Positions 38,525 to 51,645 of a stretch of DNA of 64,000 nucleotides are shown one piece after another. Every line of letters begins with the position of its first letter. Position 1 is the stretch's first letter. Both the position numbers and the translations under genes were made by a program. A model generated the notes under the pieces. It ran no database searches and was not told the origin of the DNA. It saw only the letters and a program-made list of their open reading frames with translations. The stretch is from Escherichia coli (lineage in GTDB: Bacteria > Pseudomonadota > Gammaproteobacteria > Enterobacterales > Enterobacteriaceae), in the NCBI RefSeq assembly GCF_041248615.1, contig NZ_CP158426.1; one strand, given 5' to 3'.

Positions 38525-39798
38525 TTAACTTCCCCTTGTGTCAACGCAATATCGCGATCATCGACCTTGATAGCCGTAATTTCGTTGTCGGATTCGCGGA
38601 AAAAAATCATGAACAGCACGGCGATAATGGCAATCATCACCGCGCCAAAAGTCCACATCCCGGACCAGTTGAAAGTCAGTCCGTTTACCGGTTCCTGATA
38701 AGCGAACATCTTTTCCATCATCACACCGCCAAGACGATAGCCGAGCAAACTGCCGAAGCCCTGGCAGCAGAGCGTGATCAGCCCCTGCGCAGCGGTACGC
38801 ATATGCACGGGGGCTTTTTTATCGACATAGATGTAAGCGGTAACGTAGTAAAAATCGTAACTTACTCCATGCAGCAAAATGCCGAGGAACAGTAACGCGT
38901 AGGTGAAATATTCATCCGCACTACCGTAAATAAAGAAGCCATAGCGGATCGCAGCGGTGACCAGACCAAGTAATAATACCTTTTTGATACCAAAGCGTTT
39001 GGTGAAAAACGGCAATGCCAGCATAAAGAAGATTTCAGAGAACTGGCCGAGCGTCATCCAGCCAGTGGCGTTTTTCATACCGACTTCGGTCAGATAACCG
39101 TTGGCAAAGATGTAATAGAACGCCAGTGGCATCGCAAACAGGAATGAACAGAAGAAAAAGACGAGGAAGTTTTTATCGCGCAGCAGGATCAGCGCATCCA
39201 GGCCGAGCATGACTTTAATGTCCATTTTGCCGGTGCTTTTTGGCGGCGTGTCGGGCAGGAAAAACGCAAACACACCGAGCAGAGCAGAACTTCCGGCGGT
39301 AATCAGCAGCGGGATGTTAGTCGGAGAGATATCGGCATAACCCAGCATTTGCGGCAAAAATCCACATGCCAGACCAGAGGCAATCCAGCCGATAGTGCCC
39401 ATCACACGAATGCGTGGGAAATCACGCTCCACATCCGGCACGTTGGCAAAAGCGATACTGTTAGTCAGCGCAATGGTCGGCATATAGGTTAGCGAGTAGG
39501 CCAGCAGTAACGGGAAGAACCCGGCAAAAGTGGTCTGTTGCGCAGCGAAATACATCAGCGCCGCACCAGCGAACATCAATACCGCCAGCACTTTCTGCGC
39601 CGAGAAAAAGCGGTCAGTGATGGAGCCAACCAGAATTGGCGACAGGATCGCCGCAATGGCGGTACAGGCATACGACCAGCCAATTTCTCCGGCACTAAAA
39701 CCGCTTTTACTTAACCACAACCACAATGGCACAAACCACGCGCCCCAGATAAACCATTCAACAAACATCATGAACGACAGCTTTGCTGTTGTTTTCAT
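38521..39798 (-). CDS. yegT: MFS nucleoside transporter YegT (425 aa)
   Basis: 12 predicted transmembrane segments; synteny. Confidence 0.8.
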   Translation of the reverse strand: MKTTAKLSFMMFVEWFIWGAWFVPLWLWLSKSGFSAGEIGWSYACTAIAAILSPILVGSITDRFFSAQKVLAVLMFAGAALMYFAAQQTTFAGFFPLLLAYSLTYMPTIALTNSIAFANVPDVERDFPRIRVMGTIGWIASGLACGFLPQMLGYADISPTNIPLLITAGSSALLGVFAFFLPDTPPKSTGKMDIKVMLGLDALILLRDKNFLVFFFCSFLFAMPLAFYYIFANGYLTEVGMKNATGWMTLGQFSEIFFMLALPFFTKRFGIKKVLLLGLVTAAIRYGFFIYGSADEYFTYALLFLGILLHGVSYDFYYVTAYIYVDKKAPVHMRTAAQGLITLCCQGFGSLLGYRLGGVMMEKMFAYQEPVNGLTFNWSGMWTFGAVMIAIIAVLFMIFFRESDNEITAIKVDDRDIALTQGEVK

Positions 39799-40054
39799 CT
39801 TTTAATTCCTTCATGACAGGTAATGTAAGGTACGCGATGACAACACCATTTAATAATACCTTTTAAATACCTTTGCGGTGAAAACTTGACCGCGGTAACA
39901 TTTTTTCTGATGAATCGAGCCAACAGAAAACGCTGAAAAAACATCCAAAAGATGGAAAAACTCGCCTGTAACGACCAGGATTATGATTGCCCGCAAAAGG
40001 CGGGCCAGGACAATCCATAGCCGATATCCAATCGGAATTTACGGGAGCATAGTA

Positions 40055-41107
40055 ATGACAGATATTGCGCAGTTGCTTGGCAAAGACGCCGACAACCTTT
40101 TACAGCACCGTTGTATGACTATTCCTTCTGACCAGCTTTATCTCCCCGGACATGACTACGTAGACCGCGTGATGATTGACAATAATCGCCCGCCAGCGGT
40201 GTTACGTAATATGCAGACGTTGTACAACACTGGGCGTCTGGCTGGCACAGGATATCTTTCTATTCTGCCCGTTGACCAGGGCGTTGAGCACTCTGCCGGA
40301 GCTTCATTTGCCGCTAACCCGCTCTACTTTGACCCGAAAAACATTGTTGAACTGGCGATCGAAGCGGGCTGTAACTGTGTGGCGTCAACTTACGGCGTGC
40401 TGGCGTCGGTATCGCGGCGTTACGCGCATCGCATTCCATTCCTCGTCAAACTTAATCACAACGAGACGCTAAGTTACCCGAATACCTACGATCAAACGCT
40501 GTATGCCAGCGTGGAGCAGGCGTTCAACATGGGCGCGGTGGCGGTTGGTGCGACTATCTATTTTGGCTCGGAAGAGTCACGTCGCCAGATTGAAGAAATT
40601 TCTGCGGCTTTTGAACGTGCGCACGAGCTGGGCATGGTGACTGTGCTGTGGGCCTATTTGCGTAACTCCGCCTTTAAGAAAGATGGCGTTGATTACCATG
40701 TTTCCGCCGACCTGACTGGTCAGGCGAACCATCTTGCGGCAACCATAGGTGCAGATATCGTCAAACAAAAAATGGCGGAAAATAACGGCGGCTATAAAGC
40801 AATTAATTACGGTTATACCGACGATCGCGTGTACAGCAAGTTAACCAGCGAAAACCCGATTGATCTGGTGCGTTATCAGTTAGCTAACTGCTATATGGGC
40901 CGGGCTGGGTTGATAAACTCCGGCGGTGCTGCAGGCGGTGAAACTGACCTCAGCGATGCAGTGCGTACTGCGGTTATCAACAAACGCGCTGGCGGAATGG
41001 GGCTGATTCTTGGACGTAAGGCGTTCAAGAAATCGATGGCTGACGGCGTGAAACTGATTAACGCCGTGCAGGACGTTTATCTCGATAGCAAAATTACTAT
41101 CGCCTGA
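40055..41107 (+). CDS. fbaB: Class I fructose-bisphosphate aldolase FbaB (350 aa from '[13 protein letters not shown]')
   Basis: GGGAG Shine-Dalgarno upstream of the internal ATG; length matches K-12. Confidence 0.9.
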
Positions 41108-41192
41108 TACGCCTTATACGAACAGCACTACCCCGTATGACGGAAAAGGCGTTTACGTCGCATCCGGCATAAAAACACGCGCACTTTGCTAC

Positions 41193-41221
41193 GGCTTCCC
41201 TATCGGGAGGCCGTTTTTTTG
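41193..41221 (+). terminator. Terminator after fbaB (GGCTTCCCtatcGGGAGGCC plus T7), preceded by a REP-like palindrome
   Basis: Seen directly. Confidence 0.65.
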
Positions 41222-41280
41222 CCTGTCATTCTGATTAATTTTCGAATTGTCGTTTTTGTGATCGTTATCTCGAGATTTAA

Positions 41281-43480
<2,200 letters not shown>

Positions 43481-43489
43481 GGACGGTAT

Positions 43490-43942
43490 ATGACTAACCT
43501 GTTTGTTCGTAGCGGAATTTCTTTTGTCGATCGTAGCGAAGTTTTAACCCATATCGGTACTGAGATGCTCGCGAAAGGTGTGGTTCATGATACCTGGCCA
43601 CAGGCATTAATTGCCAGAGAAGCAGAATTCCCTACCGGGATAATGCTTGAGCAGCACGCCATTGCAATACCGCATTGTGAGGCGATTCATGCTAAGTCGT
43701 CAGCCATTTATCTGTTAAGGCCAGCAAATAAAGTTCATTTTCAGCAAGCGGATGATGATAATGACGTGGCGGTATCGTTGGTTATTGCGTTGATTGTGGA
43801 AAATCCGCAGCAGCAATTGAAACTTTTACGCTGTTTATTTGGCAAGTTACAACAGCCCGATATCGTCGAGACACTAATCACTCTTCATGAAACCCAGTTA
43901 AAGGAATACTTCACAAAGTATGTTTTAGATTCAGACGAATAA
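43490..43942 (+). CDS. gatA: Galactitol PTS EIIA (150 aa)
   Basis: Operon position and length. Confidence 0.9.
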   Translation: MTNLFVRSGISFVDRSEVLTHIGTEMLAKGVVHDTWPQALIAREAEFPTGIMLEQHAIAIPHCEAIHAKSSAIYLLRPANKVHFQQADDDNDVAVSLVIALIVENPQQQLKLLRCLFGKLQQPDIVETLITLHETQLKEYFTKYVLDSDE

Positions 43943-43972
43943 ATCCCTCTGTAACAATAAAAAGGACTATTT

Positions 43973-44257
43973 ATGAAACGCAAGATTATTGTCGCTTGCG
44001 GAGGCGCGGTTGCGACCTCTACGATGGCGGCGGAAGAAATTAAAGAGTTGTGTCAGAGTCATAATATTCCTGTTGAATTAATCCAGTGTCGGGTTAATGA
44101 AATAGAGACCTATATGGATGGTGTGCATTTGATATGTACTACCGCCAAAGTTGACCGTAGTTTTGGCGATATTCCGTTAGTTCACGGCATGCCTTTTGTT
44201 TCTGGTGTCGGTATCGAAGCATTACAAAATAAAATTCTGACTATCTTACAGGGGTGA
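43973..44257 (+). CDS. gatB: Galactitol PTS EIIB (94 aa)
   Basis: '[12 protein letters not shown]' cysteine phosphorylation motif; operon position. Confidence 0.9.
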   Translation: MKRKIIVACGGAVATSTMAAEEIKELCQSHNIPVELIQCRVNEIETYMDGVHLICTTAKVDRSFGDIPLVHGMPFVSGVGIEALQNKILTILQG

Positions 44258-44260
44258 CCT

Positions 44261-45616
44261 ATGTTTTCAGAAGTCATGCGTTATATTCTCGACCTCGGCC
44301 CTACGGTGATGCTGCCGATTGTCATCATTATTTTTTCTAAAATATTAGGCATGAAGGCAGGCGATTGCTTTAAAGCGGGTCTGCATATCGGGATTGGCTT
44401 TGTTGGCATTGGCCTTGTGATTGGCTTAATGCTGGATTCCATTGGTCCGGCGGCGAAAGCGATGGCGGAAAATTTCGACCTGAATCTGCATGTGGTCGAT
44501 GTCGGCTGGCCGGGCTCTTCACCAATGACCTGGGCGTCGCAAATTGCGCTGGTGGCGATTCCGATTGCGATTCTGGTTAACGTGGCGATGCTACTGACCC
44601 GTATGACGCGGGTGGTAAATGTTGATATCTGGAATATCTGGCATATGACCTTCACCGGCGCATTGCTGCATCTGGCAACCGGTTCATGGATGATAGGGAT
44701 GGCGGGTGTGGTAATTCACGCGGCGTTTGTTTATAAGCTCGGCGACTGGTTTGCCCGCGATACCCGAAATTTCTTTGAGCTGGAAGGCATTGCTATTCCG
44801 CACGGTACGTCGGCGTATCTGGGGCCAATTGCGGTGCTGGTGGATGCTATCATCGAGAAAATCCCAGGCGTTAACCGTATTAAATTTAGCGCCGACGATA
44901 TTCAGCGCAAATTTGGTCCGTTTGGCGAGCCTGTCACCGTGGGTTTTGTGATGGGGCTGATTATCGGCATCCTCGCGGGTTACGATGTCAAAGGTGTATT
45001 GCAGCTGGCGGTAAAAACGGCGGCAGTTATGCTGTTGATGCCACGGGTGATTAAACCCATCATGGATGGTTTAACGCCTATCGCTAAGCAGGCCCGTAGT
45101 CGTTTACAGGCGAAGTTCGGCGGTCAGGAGTTCCTGATTGGCCTTGATCCGGCGTTGCTGCTGGGGCATACGGCGGTGGTATCGGCAAGCCTGATTTTTA
45201 TCCCGCTCACCATTTTAATTGCTGTTTGTGTTCCGGGTAATCAGGTACTGCCGTTTGGCGACCTTGCCACCATCGGTTTCTTTGTGGCGATGGCGGTCGC
45301 CGTGCATCGTGGAAATCTGTTCCGCACCTTAATCTCGGGTGTCATCATTATGAGCATCACCCTGTGGATCGCGACGCAAACTATTGGTTTGCACACCCAA
45401 CTGGCGGCTAACGCTGGGGCGTTAAAAGCCGGAGGCATGGTGGCATCAATGGATCAGGGCGGTTCTCCCATTACCTGGTTACTGATTCAGGTTTTCTCCC
45501 CGCAAAATATTCCCGGTTTCATTATTATCGGTGCCATTTATCTTACCGGTATTTTCATGACCTGGCGTAGAGCGCGCGGCTTTATTAAACAAGAGAAAGC
45601 CGTTCTCGCAGAATAA
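44261..45616 (+). CDS. gatC: Galactitol PTS EIIC permease (451 aa)
   Basis: Polytopic membrane protein; operon position. Confidence 0.95.
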   Translation: MFSEVMRYILDLGPTVMLPIVIIIFSKILGMKAGDCFKAGLHIGIGFVGIGLVIGLMLDSIGPAAKAMAENFDLNLHVVDVGWPGSSPMTWASQIALVAIPIAILVNVAMLLTRMTRVVNVDIWNIWHMTFTGALLHLATGSWMIGMAGVVIHAAFVYKLGDWFARDTRNFFELEGIAIPHGTSAYLGPIAVLVDAIIEKIPGVNRIKFSADDIQRKFGPFGEPVTVGFVMGLIIGILAGYDVKGVLQLAVKTAAVMLLMPRVIKPIMDGLTPIAKQARSRLQAKFGGQEFLIGLDPALLLGHTAVVSASLIFIPLTILIAVCVPGNQVLPFGDLATIGFFVAMAVAVHRGNLFRTLISGVIIMSITLWIATQTIGLHTQLAANAGALKAGGMVASMDQGGSPITWLLIQVFSPQNIPGFIIIGAIYLTGIFMTWRRARGFIKQEKAVLAE

Positions 45617-45663
45617 TTTTTACCTGAGGGGGAGTTTATCCCCCTTAATAATCAGGAGTTTTT

Positions 45664-46704
45664 ATGAAATCAGTGGTGAATGATACTGATGGTATCGTGC
45701 GCGTTGCCCAACGAGTCATTCCTGAAATTAAACATCAGGATGAGGTGCGGGTAAAAATTGCCAGCTCGGGATTATGTGGTTCCGATTTACCCAGAATATT
45801 TAAAAATGGTGCACATTATTATCCAATAACGTTAGGTCATGAATTTAGCGGCTATATTGATGCGGTGGGATCCGGTGTTGATGATTTACATCCTGGCGAT
45901 GCGGTTGCCTGTGTGCCGTTATTACCCTGTTTTACTTGTCCAGAGTGTTTGAAAGGGTTTTATTCCCAGTGCGCAAAATATGATTTTATTGGCTCGCGGC
46001 GTGATGGTGGATTTGCTGAGTATATTGTCGTTAACCGAAAAAATGTCTTTGCTCTACCCACGGATATGCCTATTGAGGATGGGGCTTTTATTGAACCGAT
46101 TACCGTTGGCCTGCATGCTTTCCATTTAGCGCAAGGTTGTGAGAATAAAAACGTTATTATTATTGGTGCCGGAACCATTGGCCTGCTGGCAATTCAGTGC
46201 GCTGTCGCGCTGGGAGCAAAGAGTGTGACGGCTATCGACATTAGCTCAGAAAAACTGGCACTGGCAAAATCTTTCGGTGCGATGCAAACATTTAACAGCC
46301 TTGAAATGAGCGCGCCGCAAATGCAGGGCGTTTTACGCGAGCTGCGCTTTAATCAGCTTATCCTCGAGACGGCTGGCGTCCCGCAAACCGTCGAACTGGC
46401 GGTAGAGATTGCCGGGCCTCATGCCCAGCTGGCGCTGGTGGGTACGTTGCATCAAGATTTGCATTTAACATCGGCAACGTTTGGCAAAATATTACGTAAA
46501 GAGCTGACGGTTATCGGCAGTTGGATGAACTACTCCAGCCCTTGGCCGGGGCAGGAGTGGGAAACGGCGAGCCGGTTGCTGACAGAACGTAAGTTAAGCC
46601 TGGAGCCATTAATCGCTCACCGTGGAAGCTTTGAAAGCTTCGCCCAGGCGGTGCGTGACATCGCTCGTAATGCTATGCCGGGCAAAGTGTTGCTTATTCC
46701 CTGA
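45664..46704 (+). CDS. gatD: Galactitol-1-phosphate 5-dehydrogenase GatD (346 aa, Zn-ADH family)
   Basis: 'GHEFSG' zinc-ADH motif and 'GAGTIGL' NAD-binding motif. Confidence 0.95.
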   Translation: MKSVVNDTDGIVRVAQRVIPEIKHQDEVRVKIASSGLCGSDLPRIFKNGAHYYPITLGHEFSGYIDAVGSGVDDLHPGDAVACVPLLPCFTCPECLKGFYSQCAKYDFIGSRRDGGFAEYIVVNRKNVFALPTDMPIEDGAFIEPITVGLHAFHLAQGCENKNVIIIGAGTIGLLAIQCAVALGAKSVTAIDISSEKLALAKSFGAMQTFNSLEMSAPQMQGVLRELRFNQLILETAGVPQTVELAVEIAGPHAQLALVGTLHQDLHLTSATFGKILRKELTVIGSWMNYSSPWPGQEWETASRLLTERKLSLEPLIAHRGSFESFAQAVRDIARNAMPGKVLLIP

Positions 46705-46803
46705 AACCGCGGGCCAGCGTGATGCTGGCCCGGTATTGTGCAAAACAGATCATTCACCAATGGTCCCCCTTCGTTTACACTAGCCACAATTGAATATGGG
46801 TAA

Positions 46804-47583
46804 ATGACGATGAATTCATTCGAGCGAAGGAATAAGATCATCCAATTAGTGAATGAACAGGGAACCGTGCTTGTTCAGGATCTGGCGGGAGTATTTGCTG
46901 CCTCGGAAGCGACAATCCGTGCCGATTTGCGCTTTCTCGAACAAAAAGGCGTGGTTACGCGCTTTCATGGCGGTGCGGCGAAAATAATGTCCGGTAATAG
47001 TGAAACCGAGACCCAGGAAGTTGGGTTTAAAGAGCGATTTCAGCTCGCCAGCGCGCCAAAAAACAGAATAGCGCAGGCGGCAGTCAAAATGATCCACGAA
47101 GGGATGACCGTTATTCTCGACAGCGGAAGTACGACAATGCTTATCGCCGAAGGATTAATGACCGCCAAAAATATCACGGTGATTACCAACAGTCTCCCGG
47201 CAGCATTTGCCCTTTCCGAAAATAAAGACATTACTCTGGTCGTCTGTGGTGGGACCGTCCGCCATAAAACACGCTCGATGCATGGTTCCATTGCCGAGCG
47301 TTCATTGCAGGATATTAATGCCGATTTAATGTTTGTCGGTGCTGATGGTATTGATGCGGTTAATGGTATTACGACCTTTAATGAAGGTTATTCGATTAGC
47401 GGGGCGATGGTTACAGCCGCAAATAAAGTGATTGCCGTTCTCGATTCATCGAAATTTAATCGTCGCGGTTTTAATCAGGTACTGCCAATCGAAAAAATTG
47501 ACATTATTATTACCGATGATGCCGTGTCAGAGGTGGATAAACTGGCATTGCAGAAGACACGGGTGAAATTAATTACGGTGTAG
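46804..47583 (+). CDS. gatR: DeoR-family repressor GatR, intact (259 aa)
   Basis: N-terminal helix-turn-helix 'RRNKIIQLVNEQGTVLVQDLAGVFAASEATIRADLRFLEQKG'; uninterrupted frame. Confidence 0.85.
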   Translation: MTMNSFERRNKIIQLVNEQGTVLVQDLAGVFAASEATIRADLRFLEQKGVVTRFHGGAAKIMSGNSETETQEVGFKERFQLASAPKNRIAQAAVKMIHEGMTVILDSGSTTMLIAEGLMTAKNITVITNSLPAAFALSENKDITLVVCGGTVRHKTRSMHGSIAERSLQDINADLMFVGADGIDAVNGITTFNEGYSISGAMVTAANKVIAVLDSSKFNRRGFNQVLPIEKIDIIITDDAVSEVDKLALQKTRVKLITV

Positions 47584-47595
47584 TATTGCTCTGTA

Positions 47596-47637
47596 TGCCG
47601 GATAAAGTTTTTACACCGCATCCGGCATTACGGATTC
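47596..47637. repeat. REP (repetitive extragenic palindromic) element: GCCGGATaaagtttttacaccgcATCCGGCA
   Basis: Typical E. coli REP consensus GCCGGATG...CATCCGGC. Confidence 0.6.
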
Positions 47638-47664
47638 TCCCTGGTTCAAGAGAGAATAGTGTGA

Positions 47665-48564
47665 TTAACGCAACAATGGGCAATCTGGTGGTAATCGACA
47701 ACGCAACGCCGCCGGAAGTATTTCAATATGAAAGTTTTGTCCGCTCAACGGTTCGCCATCAAGATTAAAAGTGATTTCGTGTGGGGCTTGTATATCAAAC
47801 CACGACGAAGCGCCTTCGATAATATTCGGGTTATCTTCGTCAGATTTTAATGTTGATACGAGAGCCGGAAGAATTTCATCGCCGGTAAAAATGCGCAGTT
47901 GCAGCAAGCCATCGTTAATTAACGCGTTCGGGCACAATTGCTGACCGCCACCGGCCTGACGCCCGTTACCAATACCAATGACCAGGGCGTCACCTTGCCA
48001 GTGAAAGTTTTCACCGCGGATCTCACAACGGTCCGGTTGCAGAGTATCCATGCGCATTAAGCCATGAATGATGTAAGAGACGCCACCCAGCGCGGCTTTT
48101 AATTTTTCCGGCGTTTCTGTGGTAATACGCGTCCCAAATCCGCCTGTCGCCATATTAATAAAACAGGTTTGTTTGTTGACCTGCGCCATATCTATCGCAA
48201 TGGCGTCACCGGCAATTGCCAGTTTCAGCGCCTTATCCAGTGCCTCAGGAATCCTTACACTGGTGGCAAAATCATTGGCGGTTCCTAATGGCAAAATTCC
48301 TAGCGCGGGTATGTCATCCCCCTCACACTGAATCAACGCCGTAGAAACTTCATTAATGGTGCCATCGCCACCACCGGCAATCACCGTTGCGACGCCCAAC
48401 TTCCGGGCCTCCTCTACATATCGTGCGGCATCGCCTTTCTCCCAGGTGACCCGCACATGGATCGTCATTCCTTCCTCACGCAACAGCATAATTGCTTCGC
48501 GCAAGGGTAGATTGTCAGTGCTTTTGCCATTAAGAATCAGTAAGCTGGCGGGAATTTCTGCCAT
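47665..48564 (-). CDS. yegS: Lipid kinase YegS (299 aa, DAGK_cat family)
   Basis: '[13 protein letters not shown]' motif; synteny. Confidence 0.9.
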   Translation of the reverse strand: MAEIPASLLILNGKSTDNLPLREAIMLLREEGMTIHVRVTWEKGDAARYVEEARKLGVATVIAGGGDGTINEVSTALIQCEGDDIPALGILPLGTANDFATSVRIPEALDKALKLAIAGDAIAIDMAQVNKQTCFINMATGGFGTRITTETPEKLKAALGGVSYIIHGLMRMDTLQPDRCEIRGENFHWQGDALVIGIGNGRQAGGGQQLCPNALINDGLLQLRIFTGDEILPALVSTLKSDEDNPNIIEGASSWFDIQAPHEITFNLDGEPLSGQNFHIEILPAALRCRLPPDCPLLR

Positions 48565-48978
48565 GATCGTATGTGCCTTTATGATTGGTCTGTAGATAGT
48601 GTAGAGCAGAAAAGAAAAGGTGGAGTCAGAACAGGATGAAAGTCGGAGGATAAAAAGTCAGTTCAAGTATGGGGGATTCAGTGGTTACCACCAGGAGCTT
48701 GCAATGGGGACAGCGAATACTAACGGCAGCCACCGATAAATTTCAAAAAAGAGCATATACCTAATATTCAACTAAACAGTGGCATCTTCAATATACTATT
48801 AAAAATATATTAACCCCCCCATGGGGTTACCCGGAAGGGCATCCGTGTATGTAATTCCTACTTATGTAGGAAATGTTGTACAGAACATTTATTATAATCC
48901 TATTCAATTATAATAATCATGCCATTATTATATTTAAACACCAGAGCGTGTCGTTGGTATTTAATGGGGGAAGGTGAG

Positions 48979-49296
48979 ATGAAAAAGATAGCTGCTATAT
49001 CATTAATTAGTATTTTTCTTATGTCTGGTTGTGCTGTGCATAATGATGAGACAAGTATCGGTAAATTTGGTCTTGCATATAAAAGTAATATTCAGCGTAA
49101 ACTCGATAACCAATACTACACCGAAGCCGAAGCTTCTTTAGCCAGGGGCAGAATATCTGGTGCAGAAAATATAGTAAAAAATGATGCAGCTCATTTCTGT
49201 GTTACTCAGGGCAAAAAAATGCAGATAGTTGACCTGAAGACAGAAGGTGCAGGATTACATGGCGTCGCTCGTCTGACATTCAAATGTGGAGAGTGA
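48979..49296 (+). CDS. yegR: Small lipoprotein YegR (105 aa from 'MKKIAAISLISIFLMSGC')
   Basis: Lipobox 'LMSGC'; GGGGGAAGG Shine-Dalgarno upstream. Confidence 0.75.
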   Translation: MKKIAAISLISIFLMSGCAVHNDETSIGKFGLAYKSNIQRKLDNQYYTEAEASLARGRISGAENIVKNDAAHFCVTQGKKMQIVDLKTEGAGLHGVARLTFKCGE

Positions 49297-49451
49297 GAAT
49301 ATTTTTGGTAAGCGTCAAACATGCGCGTTCTGGTTGTGCTTAGCCGGAACCTGTGCGAGCACGATGCCGTTACGTGAAAGGCATCGTGCTATGAAGAGAG
49401 ATTCTATCGATGTGGTCAATGGAAGACGGTGACCAGGGATAGGGCTTATGC

Positions 49452-49538
49452 ATAAAAAATAAGCCCGTGTAAGGGAGATTACACAGGCTAAGGAGGTGGT
49501 TCCTGGTACAGCTAGCATTTTATGGGTTATGTTTTTCA
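49452..49538 (-). ncRNA. cyaR: CyaR (RyeE) Hfq-dependent sRNA
   Basis: The minus-strand sequence reads GCUGAAAAACAUAACCCAUAAAAUGCUAGCUGUACCAGGAACCACCUCCUUAGCCUGUGUAAUCUCCCUUACACGGGCUUAUUUUUU. This matches CyaR as I recall it, including the terminator hairpin and U-tail. Confidence 0.85.
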
Positions 49539-49624
49539 GCGAAACGGATGATAACCTTAATAAATGCAGCTGTATGTGATCGGTTTCTAAGAATTTTCCA
49601 TCCGGGAAAAATAATCGAAATTAA

Positions 49625-50986
49625 TCACTTACCGTGGGGGTTACGCGTGGTTTCCCCGGAGAAATTACGCATCAGCAGCGCGTAATTTAGCTCAAGATCC
49701 TGCGGCACCGGGATCCACACAGTATAACCATCGCCCGGTGCGACCGGCATTGCTTCGCCTTTGGCGTTTTCCATGTGCTCAAGGGTAAAGTTAATGTTCC
49801 CTTGCGGCGTCATCAGCTCAAGGCTGTCGCCAACGGAGAATTTATTTTTCACCGCTACCGCCGCGAGGTCGCCCTTGCGCTCACTGGTAAACTCACCAAC
49901 AAACTGCTGGCGGTCAGAAACTGAATAACCGTATTCGTAGTTCTGATAATCGTCGTGAGTATGACGACGCAGGAAACCTTCGGTATAGCCACGATGCGCC
50001 AGACCTTCCAGGGTTTCCAGCAGGCTGGTATCGAATGGTTTTCCCGCAGCTGCGTCATCGATAGCTTTACGGTAAACCTGCGCGGTGCGTGCGCAATAGT
50101 AGAAAGATTTGGTACGGCCTTCGATTTTCAGCGAATGCACGCCCATTTTGGTCAGGCGTTCAACATGGGCGATGGCGCGCAGATCTTTCGAGTTCATGAT
50201 GTAAGTGCCGTGCTCATCTTCAAACGCGGTCATATACTCGCCCGGACGCTGGGCTTCTTCGATCATAAACACTTTGTCGGTTGGTGCGCCGATCCCCAGC
50301 GTCGGTTCAACGTTTTGCACCGGAATCGGTTCGTACTTGTGTACGATGTTGCCGACGTCATCTTCTTTCCCTTCCTGGACGTTATACTCCCAGCGGCAGG
50401 CGTTGGTGCAGGTGCCCTGGTTCGGGTCGCGCTTGTTGATATAGCCAGAGAGCAGGCAGCGACCGGAGTAGGCCATGCACAGCGCGCCGTGAACGAAGAT
50501 TTCGATCTCCATATCTGGCACCTGATTGCGGATCTCTTCAATCTCTTCCAGTGACAGTTCGCGAGAGAGGATCACGCGGGTCAGACCCATTTGCTGCCAG
50601 AATTTCACCGTCGCCCAGTTCACGGCGTTAGCCTGTACTGAGAGATGGATCGGCATTTCAGGGAAGTGCTCGCGCACCAGCATAATCAGCCCTGGATCAG
50701 ACATAATCAGCGCATCCGGCCCCATTTCCACCACCGGTTTCAGGTCACGGATAAAGGTTTTCAGCTTGGCGTTGTGCGGTGCAATGTTGACCACGACATA
50801 AAACTTTTTCCCCAGCGCGTGGGCTTCATTGATGCCGAGCTGAAGATTTTCGTGGTTAAATTCGTTGTTGCGCACACGCAGGGAGTAACGCGGCTGGCCC
50901 GCATAAACAGCATCTGCGCCATAAGCGAAAGCGTAACGCATATTTTTCAGCGTTCCCGCCGGGGAAAGGAGTTCCGGTTTAAACAT
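49625..50986 (-). CDS. yegQ: U32-family peptidase YegQ (453 aa)
   Basis: Length; synteny next to cyaR. Confidence 0.9.
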   Translation of the reverse strand: MFKPELLSPAGTLKNMRYAFAYGADAVYAGQPRYSLRVRNNEFNHENLQLGINEAHALGKKFYVVVNIAPHNAKLKTFIRDLKPVVEMGPDALIMSDPGLIMLVREHFPEMPIHLSVQANAVNWATVKFWQQMGLTRVILSRELSLEEIEEIRNQVPDMEIEIFVHGALCMAYSGRCLLSGYINKRDPNQGTCTNACRWEYNVQEGKEDDVGNIVHKYEPIPVQNVEPTLGIGAPTDKVFMIEEAQRPGEYMTAFEDEHGTYIMNSKDLRAIAHVERLTKMGVHSLKIEGRTKSFYYCARTAQVYRKAIDDAAAGKPFDTSLLETLEGLAHRGYTEGFLRRHTHDDYQNYEYGYSVSDRQQFVGEFTSERKGDLAAVAVKNKFSVGDSLELMTPQGNINFTLEHMENAKGEAMPVAPGDGYTVWIPVPQDLELNYALLMRNFSGETTRNPHGK

Positions 50987-51133
50987 AATTCTCTCGTTCT
51001 GATGACAGGTCAGATCCGCTTCACCTGATGAAGCGGCCAGGGGAGTGCCCCCACTTTAAGGGCGGGCATTGTAGCGCTGTAGGGGGGAGCTGGTAAAGCG
51101 CCGGACGCCAACAACCCACGCCCGGCATCGTAA

Positions 51134-51466
51134 TTACGTATTGTCTTTCACCGTCTGGCTTGTGCCATTGGCTTTAACGGAGGCAATTCCGGTTTCACGA
51201 GATTGCGCGGTGGCGTACATCTGGCTGGAGCCGATAATTTGATGATTAGCGGCTTTCAGATTGAAATAGAATTTGCCGTTGCTTGCCGTTTTTTTCTCAT
51301 AGCGTTCTTCTTGCGGGCTGTTGCTACGCACCGACGCGATGCCCTTTTCCGCAGAGGCTTTTGAGGTATACAGCTCGCTGGTAAGGATAGTCTCACCATT
51401 GCCCGCTTTTAGCACAAACCGAAATTGATTATCACTGCTTTTACTGAGTTCAAACCAACCAGCCAT
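51134..51466 (-). CDS. yegP: YegP, DUF1508 tandem-domain protein (110 aa from 'MAGWFELSKS')
   Basis: Two internal repeats (GKFYFNLKAANHQ / QFRFVLKAGNGE); synteny. Confidence 0.8.
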   Translation of the reverse strand: MAGWFELSKSSDNQFRFVLKAGNGETILTSELYTSKASAEKGIASVRSNSPQEERYEKKTASNGKFYFNLKAANHQIIGSSQMYATAQSRETGIASVKANGTSQTVKDNT

Positions 51467-51645
51467 AATGACTCCTTGATTGAAATTGCGTATCGAAAAC
51501 AGCATCTAAAAGGACTGTTTACCGATTAAAGTATGAGCGATTTTCTGGTGCCTGCCAGGGCGGAGAGATAATGTCAGTTTGCTGACCATGCGTGGGATTA
51601 TGTTGCCGGATGCGGCGTGAATGCCTTCTCCGGCAGGTAAAAATG

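Noticed and set aside
46705-46745. Hairpin GGGCCAGCgtgatGCTGGCCC after gatD as a terminator
   Set aside because: No T-tract follows, so it is weak as an intrinsic terminator. It may be a REP-like or processing element, so I left it unannotated.
48810-48875. Palindromes CCCCCCATGGGG and TTCCTACttaTGTAGGAA between yegS and yegR
   Set aside because: They are short intergenic inverted repeats, possibly regulator sites. There is too little context to call a feature.
49955-50554. 199-aa plus-strand ORF inside yegQ, and the similar long antisense ORFs inside mdtC/mdtB/baeS (for example 55029-55640, 57030-57518)
   Set aside because: They lie antisense to well-supported genes in GC-rich coding sequence and have no independent signals.
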